Source: a virus (lineage: Duplodnaviria > Caudoviricetes). From it: DNA of 42,371 nt. Both the position numbers and the translations under genes were made by a program. Positions 7,926 to 16,484 of this stretch are shown piece after piece (the first letter of the stretch is position 1; the number at the start of each line of letters is the position of its first letter). The stretch is from positions 1 to 42,371 of IMG/VR virus record IMGVR_UViG_3300037339_000442. One strand, written 5' to 3'. The notes beneath the pieces are model-generated. The model was given only the letters and a program-made list of their open reading frames with translations. It did not search any database and was not told the origin of the DNA.

Positions 7926-8371
7926 TGGACCGACCTTCAAGGGATGATACTTGTATGACCATAGCTCAGGCAGTGGGTCTACGGGGAACGTGCCTTCGCC
8001 GCAGTATAGGAGCAATCCTGGTCCGAGATGGCCGGGTGATCTCCTCGGGATACAATGGGGCACCCTCAGGACATCCTCACTGCGATATGATGACATGCGG
8101 AGGTGGCGAGCTGGATGGTTGTCTCAGAACAGTTCATGCTGAGCTCAATGCCATTCTCTTCGCAGCACGGGCAGGGGTTTCTACGGAGAGAGCTGTCCTC
8201 TACACCACCTGTTGCCCCTGTGGAGACTGTGCCAAAGCGATTATTAACGCGGGAATCTCGGAGGTTATCTACTCAGAGCCTTACCGCAACAACCAGGCTT
8301 TTGCTCTTTTGGAACGATCTCTTATCAGAGTGAGGCAATGGACAAAGCCACTCGAAAACTCTGGAAGCTAA
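7925..8371 (+). CDS. dCMP deaminase (ComEB-like)
   Basis: SGYNGAP, HAELNA, PCGDC zinc motifs; start at the TAATG overlap (7925). Confidence 0.93.
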   Translation: MDRPSRDDTCMTIAQAVGLRGTCLRRSIGAILVRDGRVISSGYNGAPSGHPHCDMMTCGGGELDGCLRTVHAELNAILFAARAGVSTERAVLYTTCCPCGDCAKAIINAGISEVIYSEPYRNNQAFALLERSLIRVRQWTKPLENSGS

Positions 8372-10755
8372 TCCGAGACGAGAACTGCGAGCTTTGCGGA
8401 CTAAGCGCAACAGCCCAGTATGCTTGCTTGCTCGGTGATGGACCCTGTCCCTCTAAGATTCTGGCTATAGGCGAGGCTCCTGGATGGCGAGAGGAGAAGA
8501 TGGAAAAACCCTTCCAGGGCGCCGCCGGCCAGTATCTTGATAAAGTCCTGACCAAAGTAGGTCTGAAGCGATCTGATATCTATATCACCAATGTCGTCAA
8601 ATGCCGTCCTCCTGAGAATAGAAGACCAACTCCCACAGAGATGGAAGCCTGTGGGAACTATCTCGCCAGAGAGATTCAAGCGGTCAATCCTGAGTGGATA
8701 TTGATCTTGGGAGGAACCGCTCTCAGTATGCTTAATCAATCGGGTGTGATGAAACTCCGTGGGACTATCATCAGAGTGGGGCCCATCAAATACTTCATCA
8801 CTATTCATCCCTCAGCTTGCTTACATAATCCTCTAAATCGACCCCTCTTCGAGAAGGATATGGAACGATTTGCTCATCTAGTTACAGGCCAGAACGAGCA
8901 CACTCCGAAGACTCACATCAGAATAGTCCGCGGTCCAAAAGGATTGCATCAGATGTTGGCAGTTCTCAAAGAATCTGATTGCTTCGCCTATGATCTGGAA
9001 TGGTATGGTGAGCCTTGGTCAGAGGGAGGAATCACCTGCCTGGGAATAGCTCCGAAAGTAGGAGAAGCCTGGTGCTGCTTACTCGATCATCCAGAAGCTA
9101 AGTGGAAGGACTGGCGAAAGGTTCTTCAGCGATTTGGTCCTCTTCTGACCGACCCATCGAAGAAGAGTATAGCTCATAACGGCAAGTCAGATAACGTCTG
9201 GCTTCGAGCCTATGGAATACCGATGCAGCATACCTTCGACACTATGCCAGCCGCGCATCTGATAGATGAGAACCGCTCCATGTCCTTGGAGAATCTCTCG
9301 CGGACGATGCTCGGGACTGAGGAGTATAAGGCGAAGGCAGATGTGAAGAAGGGACGAAACCTGGACGGCAGACTCCTCGCAGGACGCAACGGCCGGGACT
9401 GCGACTATACCCTCAGACTCTATTATGTCCTCCGCGATCAACTGAATGAGCAAGCTCGCCTCCGAAGGATATTCCGCCATATCTCTATGCCCATCACGGA
9501 TATTCTCGCTGACATAGAGCTGGAAGGAATGGTGCTGGACCTCAAGAAACTCAAGAGCACCACTGAGCGGAATGAAGCCGAAAGACAAGAGCTTATAAGA
9601 GCACTCCGGGGCCATGTTCCTCGCGTATGGAAAGACCAGGAGAAGGCTGAAGCACACAAGAAAAAAGGATTCAAGATCAACTTCAATTCCACGCAGTGGG
9701 TTGGCAATTGGCTGTTCGGCTCCAGATCAGAAGGAGGACTCGGACTCAAGAACCCCCAACAAACCCCATCAGGAAGGTTCGCCACAGGAGAAGATGCTCT
9801 GCTGACTCTTCCTGGAAAACAGCATCCAGTGATACGGCTCCTTCTCGACTATCGCCTACGCGAGAAGTACCGCTCAACTTATCTTGAAGCCTGGGCAGAT
9901 CGCATGGATGCCTCAGGACGAGTTCATATCAGTTATAATCAAACAGGAACGGTTACTGGTAGAATGTCCTCAGATATTCATACGACACCACGAGATGGCT
10001 TCATACGATCTATCTGGACGGCGCCGCCAGGCTGGGGATTTGGCCAGGCTGACTATTCCCAGGTGGAAATGCGCCTGGCGGCTATGGCCGCACAGGACAG
10101 AACCATGTTGCGAATGTTCGCAGAAGGGCGAGACCCACACACAGAGACTGCTCAGGAAGTGCTCGATACGATTGAAGTTACACCCGAGCAACGTAAGAAG
10201 GCCAAGGCGGTGAACTTCGGCTATCTCTACGGTATGGGGCATAAGAAGTTTCAGCAGACTGCCCGCGAGAAGTACGGCCTAGACCTTCCCCTTGAGGAGT
10301 GTGCTAGATATCGAGATCGCTGGATGCGACGCTACTCGAATATCCCCCGGTGGCATGATCGTCAGCGAAGACTCTTTCACCGATATGGTGAAGTAACCAG
10401 CGCCATTGGAAGGAAGCGAAGGCCGCCCCAGGATGACGCTGAGGGTGAACGCCAGGCCATAAACTCTCCCATTCAGGGACTAGCCAACGATATGACAATG
10501 TTCGGAGGCGTATTATGCAAGAAGCAGGTAAACCCCAACAACTTTAAGATCATCGGATTTGTCCACGATGCGATGCTTTTCTTCTATCGGCTCGGGCAGG
10601 AGGAAACAGTCCTCCCAATCATAAAAGAGACGATGGAGAATCTTCCGCTACGAGCCAAGTTTGGTACGATAATGACTGTTCCGATAGAGGTCGAGATTAA
10701 GATTGGAACACACTGGGGGGAGGGAAAACCATGGACGAATACCCAGGTGGCGTAG
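8338..10755 (+). CDS. polA: Family A DNA polymerase with N-terminal family-4 uracil-DNA glycosylase domain and 3'-5' exonuclease domain
   Basis: UDG: CELC, GEAPG, NVVKCRPPENR, HPS; Exo: YDLE, HNGKSD; Pol: DYSQVEMR, KAVNFGYLYG, VHDA. Confidence 0.95.
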   Translation: MDKATRKLWKLIRDENCELCGLSATAQYACLLGDGPCPSKILAIGEAPGWREEKMEKPFQGAAGQYLDKVLTKVGLKRSDIYITNVVKCRPPENRRPTPTEMEACGNYLAREIQAVNPEWILILGGTALSMLNQSGVMKLRGTIIRVGPIKYFITIHPSACLHNPLNRPLFEKDMERFAHLVTGQNEHTPKTHIRIVRGPKGLHQMLAVLKESDCFAYDLEWYGEPWSEGGITCLGIAPKVGEAWCCLLDHPEAKWKDWRKVLQRFGPLLTDPSKKSIAHNGKSDNVWLRAYGIPMQHTFDTMPAAHLIDENRSMSLENLSRTMLGTEEYKAKADVKKGRNLDGRLLAGRNGRDCDYTLRLYYVLRDQLNEQARLRRIFRHISMPITDILADIELEGMVLDLKKLKSTTERNEAERQELIRALRGHVPRVWKDQEKAEAHKKKGFKINFNSTQWVGNWLFGSRSEGGLGLKNPQQTPSGRFATGEDALLTLPGKQHPVIRLLLDYRLREKYRSTYLEAWADRMDASGRVHISYNQTGTVTGRMSSDIHTTPRDGFIRSIWTAPPGWGFGQADYSQVEMRLAAMAAQDRTMLRMFAEGRDPHTETAQEVLDTIEVTPEQRKKAKAVNFGYLYGMGHKKFQQTAREKYGLDLPLEECARYRDRWMRRYSNIPRWHDRQRRLFHRYGEVTSAIGRKRRPPQDDAEGERQAINSPIQGLANDMTMFGGVLCKKQVNPNNFKIIGFVHDAMLFFYRLGQEETVLPIIKETMENLPLRAKFGTIMTVPIEVEIKIGTHWGEGKPWTNTQVA

Positions 10756-11729
10756 AGGGCATTATCTCGAATTCACAGGGGAATACTCTACTCAGATGCG
10801 AACAACGATTCTACTATAAGTTCGTCAGGAACCTTAGTCCCAGGCGACCTGCCCTCCCACTCCACAGAGGGGGCTGGGTCCACCAACTTCTCCATGCGCA
10901 TTACTCTGGCGAGGACTGGCGACAGGCTCACCGAAAACTTAGCGGAGAGTTTGAAAGGCTCTTCGACGAGGAAAAGGACTACTACGGCGACCTGCCGAAG
11001 GACATTCTCCGGATTATGGGGAATTATGTCTGGACCTGGCGAGATGAGATTTGGAAACCCATCGTGGCAGAACTAGAAGTCAACCACAAACTGAGTAACG
11101 GCTGGACCTACCGCGGCCGAGTTGATCTGATCATAGAGGATGAACACGGTGATTCCTGGCTGGTAGAACATAAGACCACAAGTCATACCCCTCCCGGAGA
11201 ATTGAGGTTGATGGACCCGCAAACGCACCGGTATTTCTGGGCATTAGCGGACCAATATGATCTAAGAGGAATCATCTATAACTATATACGAACTAAACCG
11301 CCCACCGTTCCTGAACTGCTCAAGTCCGGAGGACTGACGAGAAGATCAAACATCGACACTACTGTCCGGACATATCTCTCGGCAATCAAAGCCGCGGGAC
11401 TTGATCCTGAGGAGTATGAGGATGTTCTAATAGAACTTCGTAACAAGCCGTCGGCCTTCTGCTGGAGATATCGAGTACCGCGCCACCAGGCCACCGTGGA
11501 ATCGCTCGTGAAAGACCTGATTCCACTTAGTAAAAGAATGTCCGAGCTATGGCAAGGACGACGTCCCCTCCGCGTACTCGATTTTCGCTGCCACCTAGAC
11601 TGTGAATATCGCGACCTCTGCCTGGTGGAACTTGGGGGCGGCAATCCGGAAAAGATCGTAAAAGTACATTTCACGGTGAAAGAGGTTAAGGAAGATGAAA
11701 TCGAAGAAGACGAAGACATCTCGGTATGA
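10731..11729 (+). CDS. PD-(D/E)XK exonuclease (RecB/Cas4-like)
   Basis: GRVDLI...LVEHKT, Q..RY; N-terminal Cys plus C-terminal CHLDCEYRDLC. Confidence 0.85.
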   Translation: MDEYPGGVEGIISNSQGNTLLRCEQRFYYKFVRNLSPRRPALPLHRGGWVHQLLHAHYSGEDWRQAHRKLSGEFERLFDEEKDYYGDLPKDILRIMGNYVWTWRDEIWKPIVAELEVNHKLSNGWTYRGRVDLIIEDEHGDSWLVEHKTTSHTPPGELRLMDPQTHRYFWALADQYDLRGIIYNYIRTKPPTVPELLKSGGLTRRSNIDTTVRTYLSAIKAAGLDPEEYEDVLIELRNKPSAFCWRYRVPRHQATVESLVKDLIPLSKRMSELWQGRRPLRVLDFRCHLDCEYRDLCLVELGGGNPEKIVKVHFTVKEVKEDEIEEDEDISV

Positions 11730-12453
11730 CAACATCGAAGAAGAGATAGTCCCGGCAGCGGAGCTTGATCCGGCTAGGGTGTTCCTGCTATACGGTCGAC
11801 AGGGCGTCGGCAAGACCTATCTGGCGGCCAGCAGCCCCAAGCCCCTTATCATAGATACGGAGATGGGAACGGCAGGCATCCGTCGAGTTGGGGGTGTCCG
11901 AGTATTGCGCGTCAACCACTTCCCCATGATGGATTCTATCTATTGGTATCTGAAGGATGGGAAGCATCCCTATGAGACCGTCGTCATCGACACCCTCACC
12001 CGCCTAGTCAGCCACGCCCTCCGCTATGTAGCCGGCGGTGATACTGAAAGCAAGAAGCAGAGACTCGACGAGATACGTTTCACGAGCAAGCGAGATTGGG
12101 GCGCCGCGACGGAGCTGATGAAGGACGTAATCATACGATTCTCCTCGCTGTCTCTGAACGTCATCTTCACCGCACACGAGACCACCTATGAGATAGAGGA
12201 CGAGGAGATCGTCTCCGGTCCGGTCGTCAACCCCGGGGTCAGACAAGTCCTGCTCGGACACGTAGATATCACAGGAAGATTAGTGGCGAAGGAGGTGAAA
12301 AAGGAGGGCAAGAAACATCCACAGGTGGAGCGGAGGCTCTTGCTGGGCCTGTCCGAGTCCTTCGAGTCTAAGGATCGCTCGGGAATCTTGCCCAGCACCA
12401 TCAGACGGCCAAACATGACAGAGATCATTAACCTTCTACGAAAGGACCAGTGA
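11695..12453 (+). CDS. Sak4-like/AAA_24 ATPase (recombination, ssDNA annealing)
   Basis: YGRQGVGKT, DTEMG, VVIDTLT, FTAHE, KDR; lies between the nuclease and SSB genes. Confidence 0.85.
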   Translation: MKSKKTKTSRYDNIEEEIVPAAELDPARVFLLYGRQGVGKTYLAASSPKPLIIDTEMGTAGIRRVGGVRVLRVNHFPMMDSIYWYLKDGKHPYETVVIDTLTRLVSHALRYVAGGDTESKKQRLDEIRFTSKRDWGAATELMKDVIIRFSSLSLNVIFTAHETTYEIEDEEIVSGPVVNPGVRQVLLGHVDITGRLVAKEVKKEGKKHPQVERRLLLGLSESFESKDRSGILPSTIRRPNMTEIINLLRKDQ

Positions 12454-12457
12454 AGAC

Positions 12458-12994
12458 ATGGCACGAGATAAGAAAAGGACCAAGAAGTCAGGAGCAACTC
12501 GTGAGGGAGTAGTCGTTGACTTCACCGGAGTCGAGGTGGGTCAGCGCGGAGTCCGTCTTCCCGAGGGCGACTACGATGTCGCCGTCGCTGACGTCGAGGA
12601 GAGGGAAGCCCGCGACGGCGGGGACTACCTGAACTTCAAGCTCAAGATCACCTCCAAGGGCAAGGGCAAGGGCAAAACCCTCTTCCACATCTGTTCGCTC
12701 CAGCCACAAGCCCTGTTCAACCTCCGGGCTACGCTGATCGCGCTGGGCATGGAAGTCCCGCAGAAGCGTCTCCGCATCAAGACCGCTGCCCTGATCGGCA
12801 AGAAGATGACCGTTACTCTCGCTGACGATGAGTACGAGGGCCGCATCCGGTCCCGCGTCGTCGACACCCGACCACTCGGCGGCAAGAAGGAAGCCGAGGA
12901 CGAAGAGGACGAGGACGAAGAGGACGAGGACGAAGAGGACGAGGACGAAGAGGACGAGGACGAAGAGGACGAGGACGACCTCGACGACCTCTAG
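12458..12994 (+). CDS. Single-stranded DNA-binding protein (DUF669-like) with acidic tail
   Basis: LPEGDY...LIGK...YEGR pattern, long E/D tail, position after the Sak4-like gene. Confidence 0.8.
   Translation: MARDKKRTKKSGATREGVVVDFTGVEVGQRGVRLPEGDYDVAVADVEEREARDGGDYLNFKLKITSKGKGKGKTLFHICSLQPQALFNLRATLIALGMEVPQKRLRIKTAALIGKKMTVTLADDEYEGRIRSRVVDTRPLGGKKEAEDEEDEDEEDEDEEDEDEEDEDEEDEDDLDDL
12896..12978 (+). repeat. 15-bp tandem repeat (GAGGACGAAGAGGAC x5 plus a partial copy) encoding the acidic tail
   Basis: Five perfect units at 12896-12970 and a partial sixth. Confidence 0.9.
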
Positions 12995-12996
12995 TC

Positions 12997-13776
12997 ATGG
13001 GGGAGAAGGCGGTAAGGCGAGCGGTTCTGAAGGAGCTTCATCGGATGGGGGGCTTCTGGCTCTCTATCCACGGCTCGCCTTACCAGCCAAGAGCTGTGGA
13101 CCTGGTGGGCTGCCTGAAAGGTCGGTTCGTGGGGATAGAGCTAAAGAGGCCAGGAGCCGAGGCAACTGCCCACCAGGCCCACACAATGAGCCAGATAATC
13201 GAATCTGGGGGGATAGCGGGAAAAGTATTTTCAAAAAAATCCCTAAAAAGGCTCCTCTACCCATTGACAAACTCCGCCAAGTCTGATAAGGTTGAAGGTG
13301 GACAAGGAAATCGGATAGCAGTCAGCAAGCAATCTAGCCTGAAGGAGGCAACAAGGAAAATGGCGAAGAACAAGAAGGTACAGGAGCCGGAAGAGGAAGA
13401 GAAAGAGGAAGACGAGGACGAGCTGGAGGACTTGGACGACCTGGGCGACGAGGAAGAGGACGAGGCACCCAAGGCCAAGCGTACTCGCTCCGCGAAGACC
13501 AAGAAGGCCAAGGCCGAGAAGGAAGGCATCGGGCCCAGCGAGATCGCCGAGGAAGCGGGAGTAACGGCAGCGACCGTCCGCCGGTTCCTCCGCGCCAACC
13601 CCGACCTCGTGGAAGGCCACGAGCACCAGGCTCGCTACACATGGCCTAGCCTGGAGTCTCGCCAGGTCCAGCGTATCCTCAAGGGGCTGGAGAAGCAGGC
13701 CCAGGCCAGCGCCGAGCCCGAGGAGAAGCCCAAGGCGAAGGCCAAGAAGGGCAAGGCCAAGCGCAGCAAGAAGTAG
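12997..13776 (+). CDS. VRR-NUC nuclease (Holliday-junction resolvase-like), open in frame into the downstream HTH protein
   Basis: MGEK...VDLVG...GRFVGIELKR...Q motif in the first ~85 aa; no stop before 13774. Confidence 0.8.
   Translation: MGEKAVRRAVLKELHRMGGFWLSIHGSPYQPRAVDLVGCLKGRFVGIELKRPGAEATAHQAHTMSQIIESGGIAGKVFSKKSLKRLLYPLTNSAKSDKVEGGQGNRIAVSKQSSLKEATRKMAKNKKVQEPEEEEKEEDEDELEDLDDLGDEEEDEAPKAKRTRSAKTKKAKAEKEGIGPSEIAEEAGVTAATVRRFLRANPDLVEGHEHQARYTWPSLESRQVQRILKGLEKQAQASAEPEEKPKAKAKKGKAKRSKK
13264..13292 (+). promoter_or_regulatory. Internal sigma70-type promoter
   Basis: TTGACA-17-TAAGGT with a TGn extension and upstream A-tracts. Confidence 0.7.
13360..13776 (+). CDS. Charged DNA-binding protein with an HTH-like segment (independent start)
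   Basis: AAGGAGG RBS then ATG MAKNKK; acidic and Lys-rich arms around PSEIAEEAGVTAATVRRFLR. Confidence 0.75.
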   Translation: MAKNKKVQEPEEEEKEEDEDELEDLDDLGDEEEDEAPKAKRTRSAKTKKAKAEKEGIGPSEIAEEAGVTAATVRRFLRANPDLVEGHEHQARYTWPSLESRQVQRILKGLEKQAQASAEPEEKPKAKAKKGKAKRSKK

Positions 13777-13790
13777 CCCCGCTCTCCCTT

Positions 13791-13830
13791 AGCAGCCGAG
13801 GGGCTGGGAAATCTCCCAGCCCCTCCTGCT
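13791..13830. terminator. Hairpin between the convergent replication and late transcripts
   Basis: aggggctggga-aatc-tcccagcccct 11-bp stem. Confidence 0.7.
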
Positions 13831-13906
13831 GTAAGTACGCCATAGTGGCCACAGGGTGACCATAGGAAGGAGTAACTACAGACTCCTGTGATCCACGCCA
13901 GGCGGA

Positions 13907-14662
13907 CTACCCAGAACCCCCAGCAGCCAGCAGCGCGATGTAGTTCATCTCGGCCCGAGCCTTCTCGACCAAGGCATCCTCGGCGGTCAAGATCAGCCCC
14001 GCCCACCGCTCCAGAAGTGCCTGTCGTGCAATCTTCGCCTCTAGCTCTTTGTTAGTCATCCCTTCCTCCTCATAGTAGTTTACGTCCACGGAGTAGTTAC
14101 GGACCAGGACACTGTTCCGGAATTGCTTGATCGCACATGGGGGACTCCAGCCGCCGAAGGGTGTGAAGTCCAGGTTGGCGGCACCGTCATAGTCCGCAAC
14201 CCAGAGCATACGATCAGAAAAGCGGGCGGTCCTATTGGTCCAGGGGTTCCACCACCACGGCGCCGTATAGATACAGACGCGATCCCTTCCCCAGATGCGA
14301 TCCGCGACATCCAAGTAGCTCCGTATCCAGGCACAGACTAGCTCGGCTGAGGAATATCCCCCAAGCGGGGCATTGTCGTCCTCGAAGGCCAGGCCGATAA
14401 CCTCCGGCTTGAAGACCTCTACCACAGAGGCTACCTGGGCCAGGTTGGCTTCCACGTCGGTGCCCCAGTAAGCCTCTCGGTAAGCTCCCACCGCTAGACC
14501 ACCTTCGGAGATAGCCGTCAGCTGCTGTTTGGCTAGGGCGATATTCTGGCTGCGAAGATCAACTCCCACCAGAACAAGATCGTAGCCGTCTCCCCTCCAC
14601 TGGGCAACAGTATCAGCGCCCAGCGGGCCGCCCCAGTTGGAAATATCTAAGGCTTGCGACAT
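13907..14662 (-). CDS. Endolysin, GH25-like muramidase
   Basis: ALDISNW, VGAY, IYTAPWWW, LWVADY, IKQF, VDVN pattern; follows the holin. Confidence 0.8.
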   Translation of the reverse strand: MSQALDISNWGGPLGADTVAQWRGDGYDLVLVGVDLRSQNIALAKQQLTAISEGGLAVGAYREAYWGTDVEANLAQVASVVEVFKPEVIGLAFEDDNAPLGGYSSAELVCAWIRSYLDVADRIWGRDRVCIYTAPWWWNPWTNRTARFSDRMLWVADYDGAANLDFTPFGGWSPPCAIKQFRNSVLVRNYSVDVNYYEEEGMTNKELEAKIARQALLERWAGLILTAEDALVEKARAEMNYIALLAAGGSG

Positions 14663-14668
14663 AGTCGG

Positions 14669-14947
14669 CTACTCCGGGGGGGTCGGGGTTACTGCGGCTG
14701 AAACCTGCTCGACCGCCCTGACGACCGTGTTTAATGTCTCCGCATGCCCGTTGAGTCTAAAGAAGTAAGCTCCCGCCGTGCCGACGGCAGTAGCCAGCGC
14801 CCCCGCATCGAGCAATAATACATCTCGAAAGACAGGATCGTCTCCGTGCGGCGCGAAAGCCATGCAGAACATGGCTACCAGACCGAATAGGATCAACCCC
14901 ATGATACCTGATGCTGCCAAGAAAAACTGAGTCAGACCTGTACTCAT
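14669..14947 (-). CDS. Holin-like protein (2 TM helices)
   Basis: Two hydrophobic segments; adjacent to the endolysin. Confidence 0.7.
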   Translation of the reverse strand: MSTGLTQFFLAASGIMGLILFGLVAMFCMAFAPHGDDPVFRDVLLLDAGALATAVGTAGAYFFRLNGHAETLNTVVRAVEQVSAAVTPTPPE

Positions 14948-15111
14948 TATCCGATTCCTTCCCTATCCGATATTTCAATTCGCCGCTTCTAAAGCGCGCA
15001 ACAGAGCATTTTGGGCTTCTGCGGCCCGCAATTTCATATCAATACCCTCAAGAGGTATGTGATCAAGTAGTAACAGCAATATACTGACCTGCTGGCGCGA
15101 GAAGAAGGCTC

Positions 15112-15378
15112 TTATGGGTTGAGGATTTTGTTGAGTAGACCCGCCTCTTCTTCCAGCAGCGCCTCCGCTTGCTGCTCCAGGTCCAGGCGGTGTTCGCTCA
15201 ATATGAAGTTTACTGCGCATCTTTGTGTCTCCCTCTGTAGAAAATCAGTCGCCGTTCCTGGCAGTAAGAAGGCTCCACGTCCCGCATCTATCTCGTCCCG
15301 GGCACGAGCATTAAACTTCTGGATGGCCACATCCAGCTCAACTGTGATCTCGTCGGGAATCTCAATGGCTAGTTTCAT
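15112..15378 (-). CDS. Hypothetical protein
   Basis: AAGGAG RBS; within the late operon. Confidence 0.65.
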   Translation of the reverse strand: MKLAIEIPDEITVELDVAIQKFNARARDEIDAGRGAFLLPGTATDFLQRETQRCAVNFILSEHRLDLEQQAEALLEEEAGLLNKILNP

Positions 15379-15389
15379 ATCTTACTCCT

Positions 15390-16484
15390 TCATACAAGAA
15401 TCATCACTCTACTGCCTGCTGGTATGTGACCTCCGGCATCGGCGGCTACCCATTGCACCTGCCGGAGAGTAGCCTGCTCCTTCACATATAAGTTTGTCTG
15501 ATTAGCCGCTGGATTAGCACCACCGATAATGCGGAAGTATGGAGATGAAGGACCAATTTCTGCTAGATAAGCGGTTGTAGCGAGAGAATCGTCAACCTTC
15601 ACACCGTAAGCGAGAGTAACGCCGGAAGGCCCAAGGACTGACAATAAAATTTGGAGGCCGTATGCTGTAGCCGGTTTTACTCCCGACCAAAGACCTTGCA
15701 AGACACAAGCCTTAGCGATTGTTAATGCCCCCGTACCCGCTGCTGAGCTCTTGACATATCCGCGTATACCATAGACACCCCCGAGAGGTTGACCTGATTT
15801 ATGCCAAGCGGTAAATGAGAGGCCATAAGCTGCCGTACCACTTCCCGGACTAACCCCCGCATAAGCAACATCGATTATCGATCCAAAAGCTATCACTCCA
15901 AGCCCGGCGCCAGTATAGGTAAGATTGTAGGTTCCCCCGACTGGAGATGTAGTAGGAGCGTCATTTGCATCATCTCGTACATAGAGTAGTGAGTTTGCGG
16001 CGGCACCTCCGTAGACTGAGGCATCTGGTCCTATAGCAAGATAATGTTTAATCGCAAGACCGACGGCTCCTACTGGACCGGTGCCTCCCAGAGTCATTTC
16101 CTCGGTGCCTGCGATGTCGAAGCGGATGATGTCCTCGTCGGCGGCCTCCTCAACCTGGATGCCGGTATCGTGATCGGCGTCCCAAATCTCGTCGCCACCA
16201 CCACCAGCAGGAGCAACCGCAATCCACTTACCCGATGCAAGATCATAACTCAGGACTTCGTTATCGGCGGGCGCAGGAATGTTGACGTCGGTGAGACCTG
16301 CAAGAGCTGAGGCACCTCCAACCGTAACTGGACCGCCCTGAACTGATACTCGTGTGAGAGCAGTATCGCCGCTCTTCGTAGCACGAGCCTGCCGTTGAGC
16401 TTCCCGCGTCTCACGCCTTACCGACGGCAGGAGTCCCCATTTACGCTGATGCTCGTCTATGAGTGGCTTCCGTGTTCTACTCAT
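15390..16484 (-). CDS. Tail fibre/receptor-binding protein
   Basis: LAGLTDV...VLSYD...KW fibre motif and a Gly/Ala-rich beta-repeat region; last tail gene. Confidence 0.65.
   Translation of the reverse strand: MSRTRKPLIDEHQRKWGLLPSVRRETREAQRQARATKSGDTALTRVSVQGGPVTVGGASALAGLTDVNIPAPADNEVLSYDLASGKWIAVAPAGGGGDEIWDADHDTGIQVEEAADEDIIRFDIAGTEEMTLGGTGPVGAVGLAIKHYLAIGPDASVYGGAAANSLLYVRDDANDAPTTSPVGGTYNLTYTGAGLGVIAFGSIIDVAYAGVSPGSGTAAYGLSFTAWHKSGQPLGGVYGIRGYVKSSAAGTGALTIAKACVLQGLWSGVKPATAYGLQILLSVLGPSGVTLAYGVKVDDSLATTAYLAEIGPSSPYFRIIGGANPAANQTNLYVKEQATLRQVQWVAADAGGHIPAGSRVMILV

Noticed and set aside
5454-10755. Uracil-DNA, dZ or 7-deazaguanine genome
   Set aside because: The fused UDG looks intact, which argues against dU DNA; no PurZ, DpdA or Que-pathway genes were recognised.
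10731-11729. Cas4-like nuclease as a sign of a CRISPR system
   Set aside because: No repeat-spacer array or other cas genes; it sits in a standard nuclease-Sak4-SSB recombination module.
12813-13286. ORFs with RPRPL or TKRTR repeats
   Set aside because: Alternative-frame shadows of the 15-bp repeat encoding the SSB acidic tail.
14975-15220. 81-aa ORF between the tail and holin genes
   Set aside because: About 110 bp overlap the upstream gene and there is no clear RBS or start; the 3' half may be coding but could not be supported.
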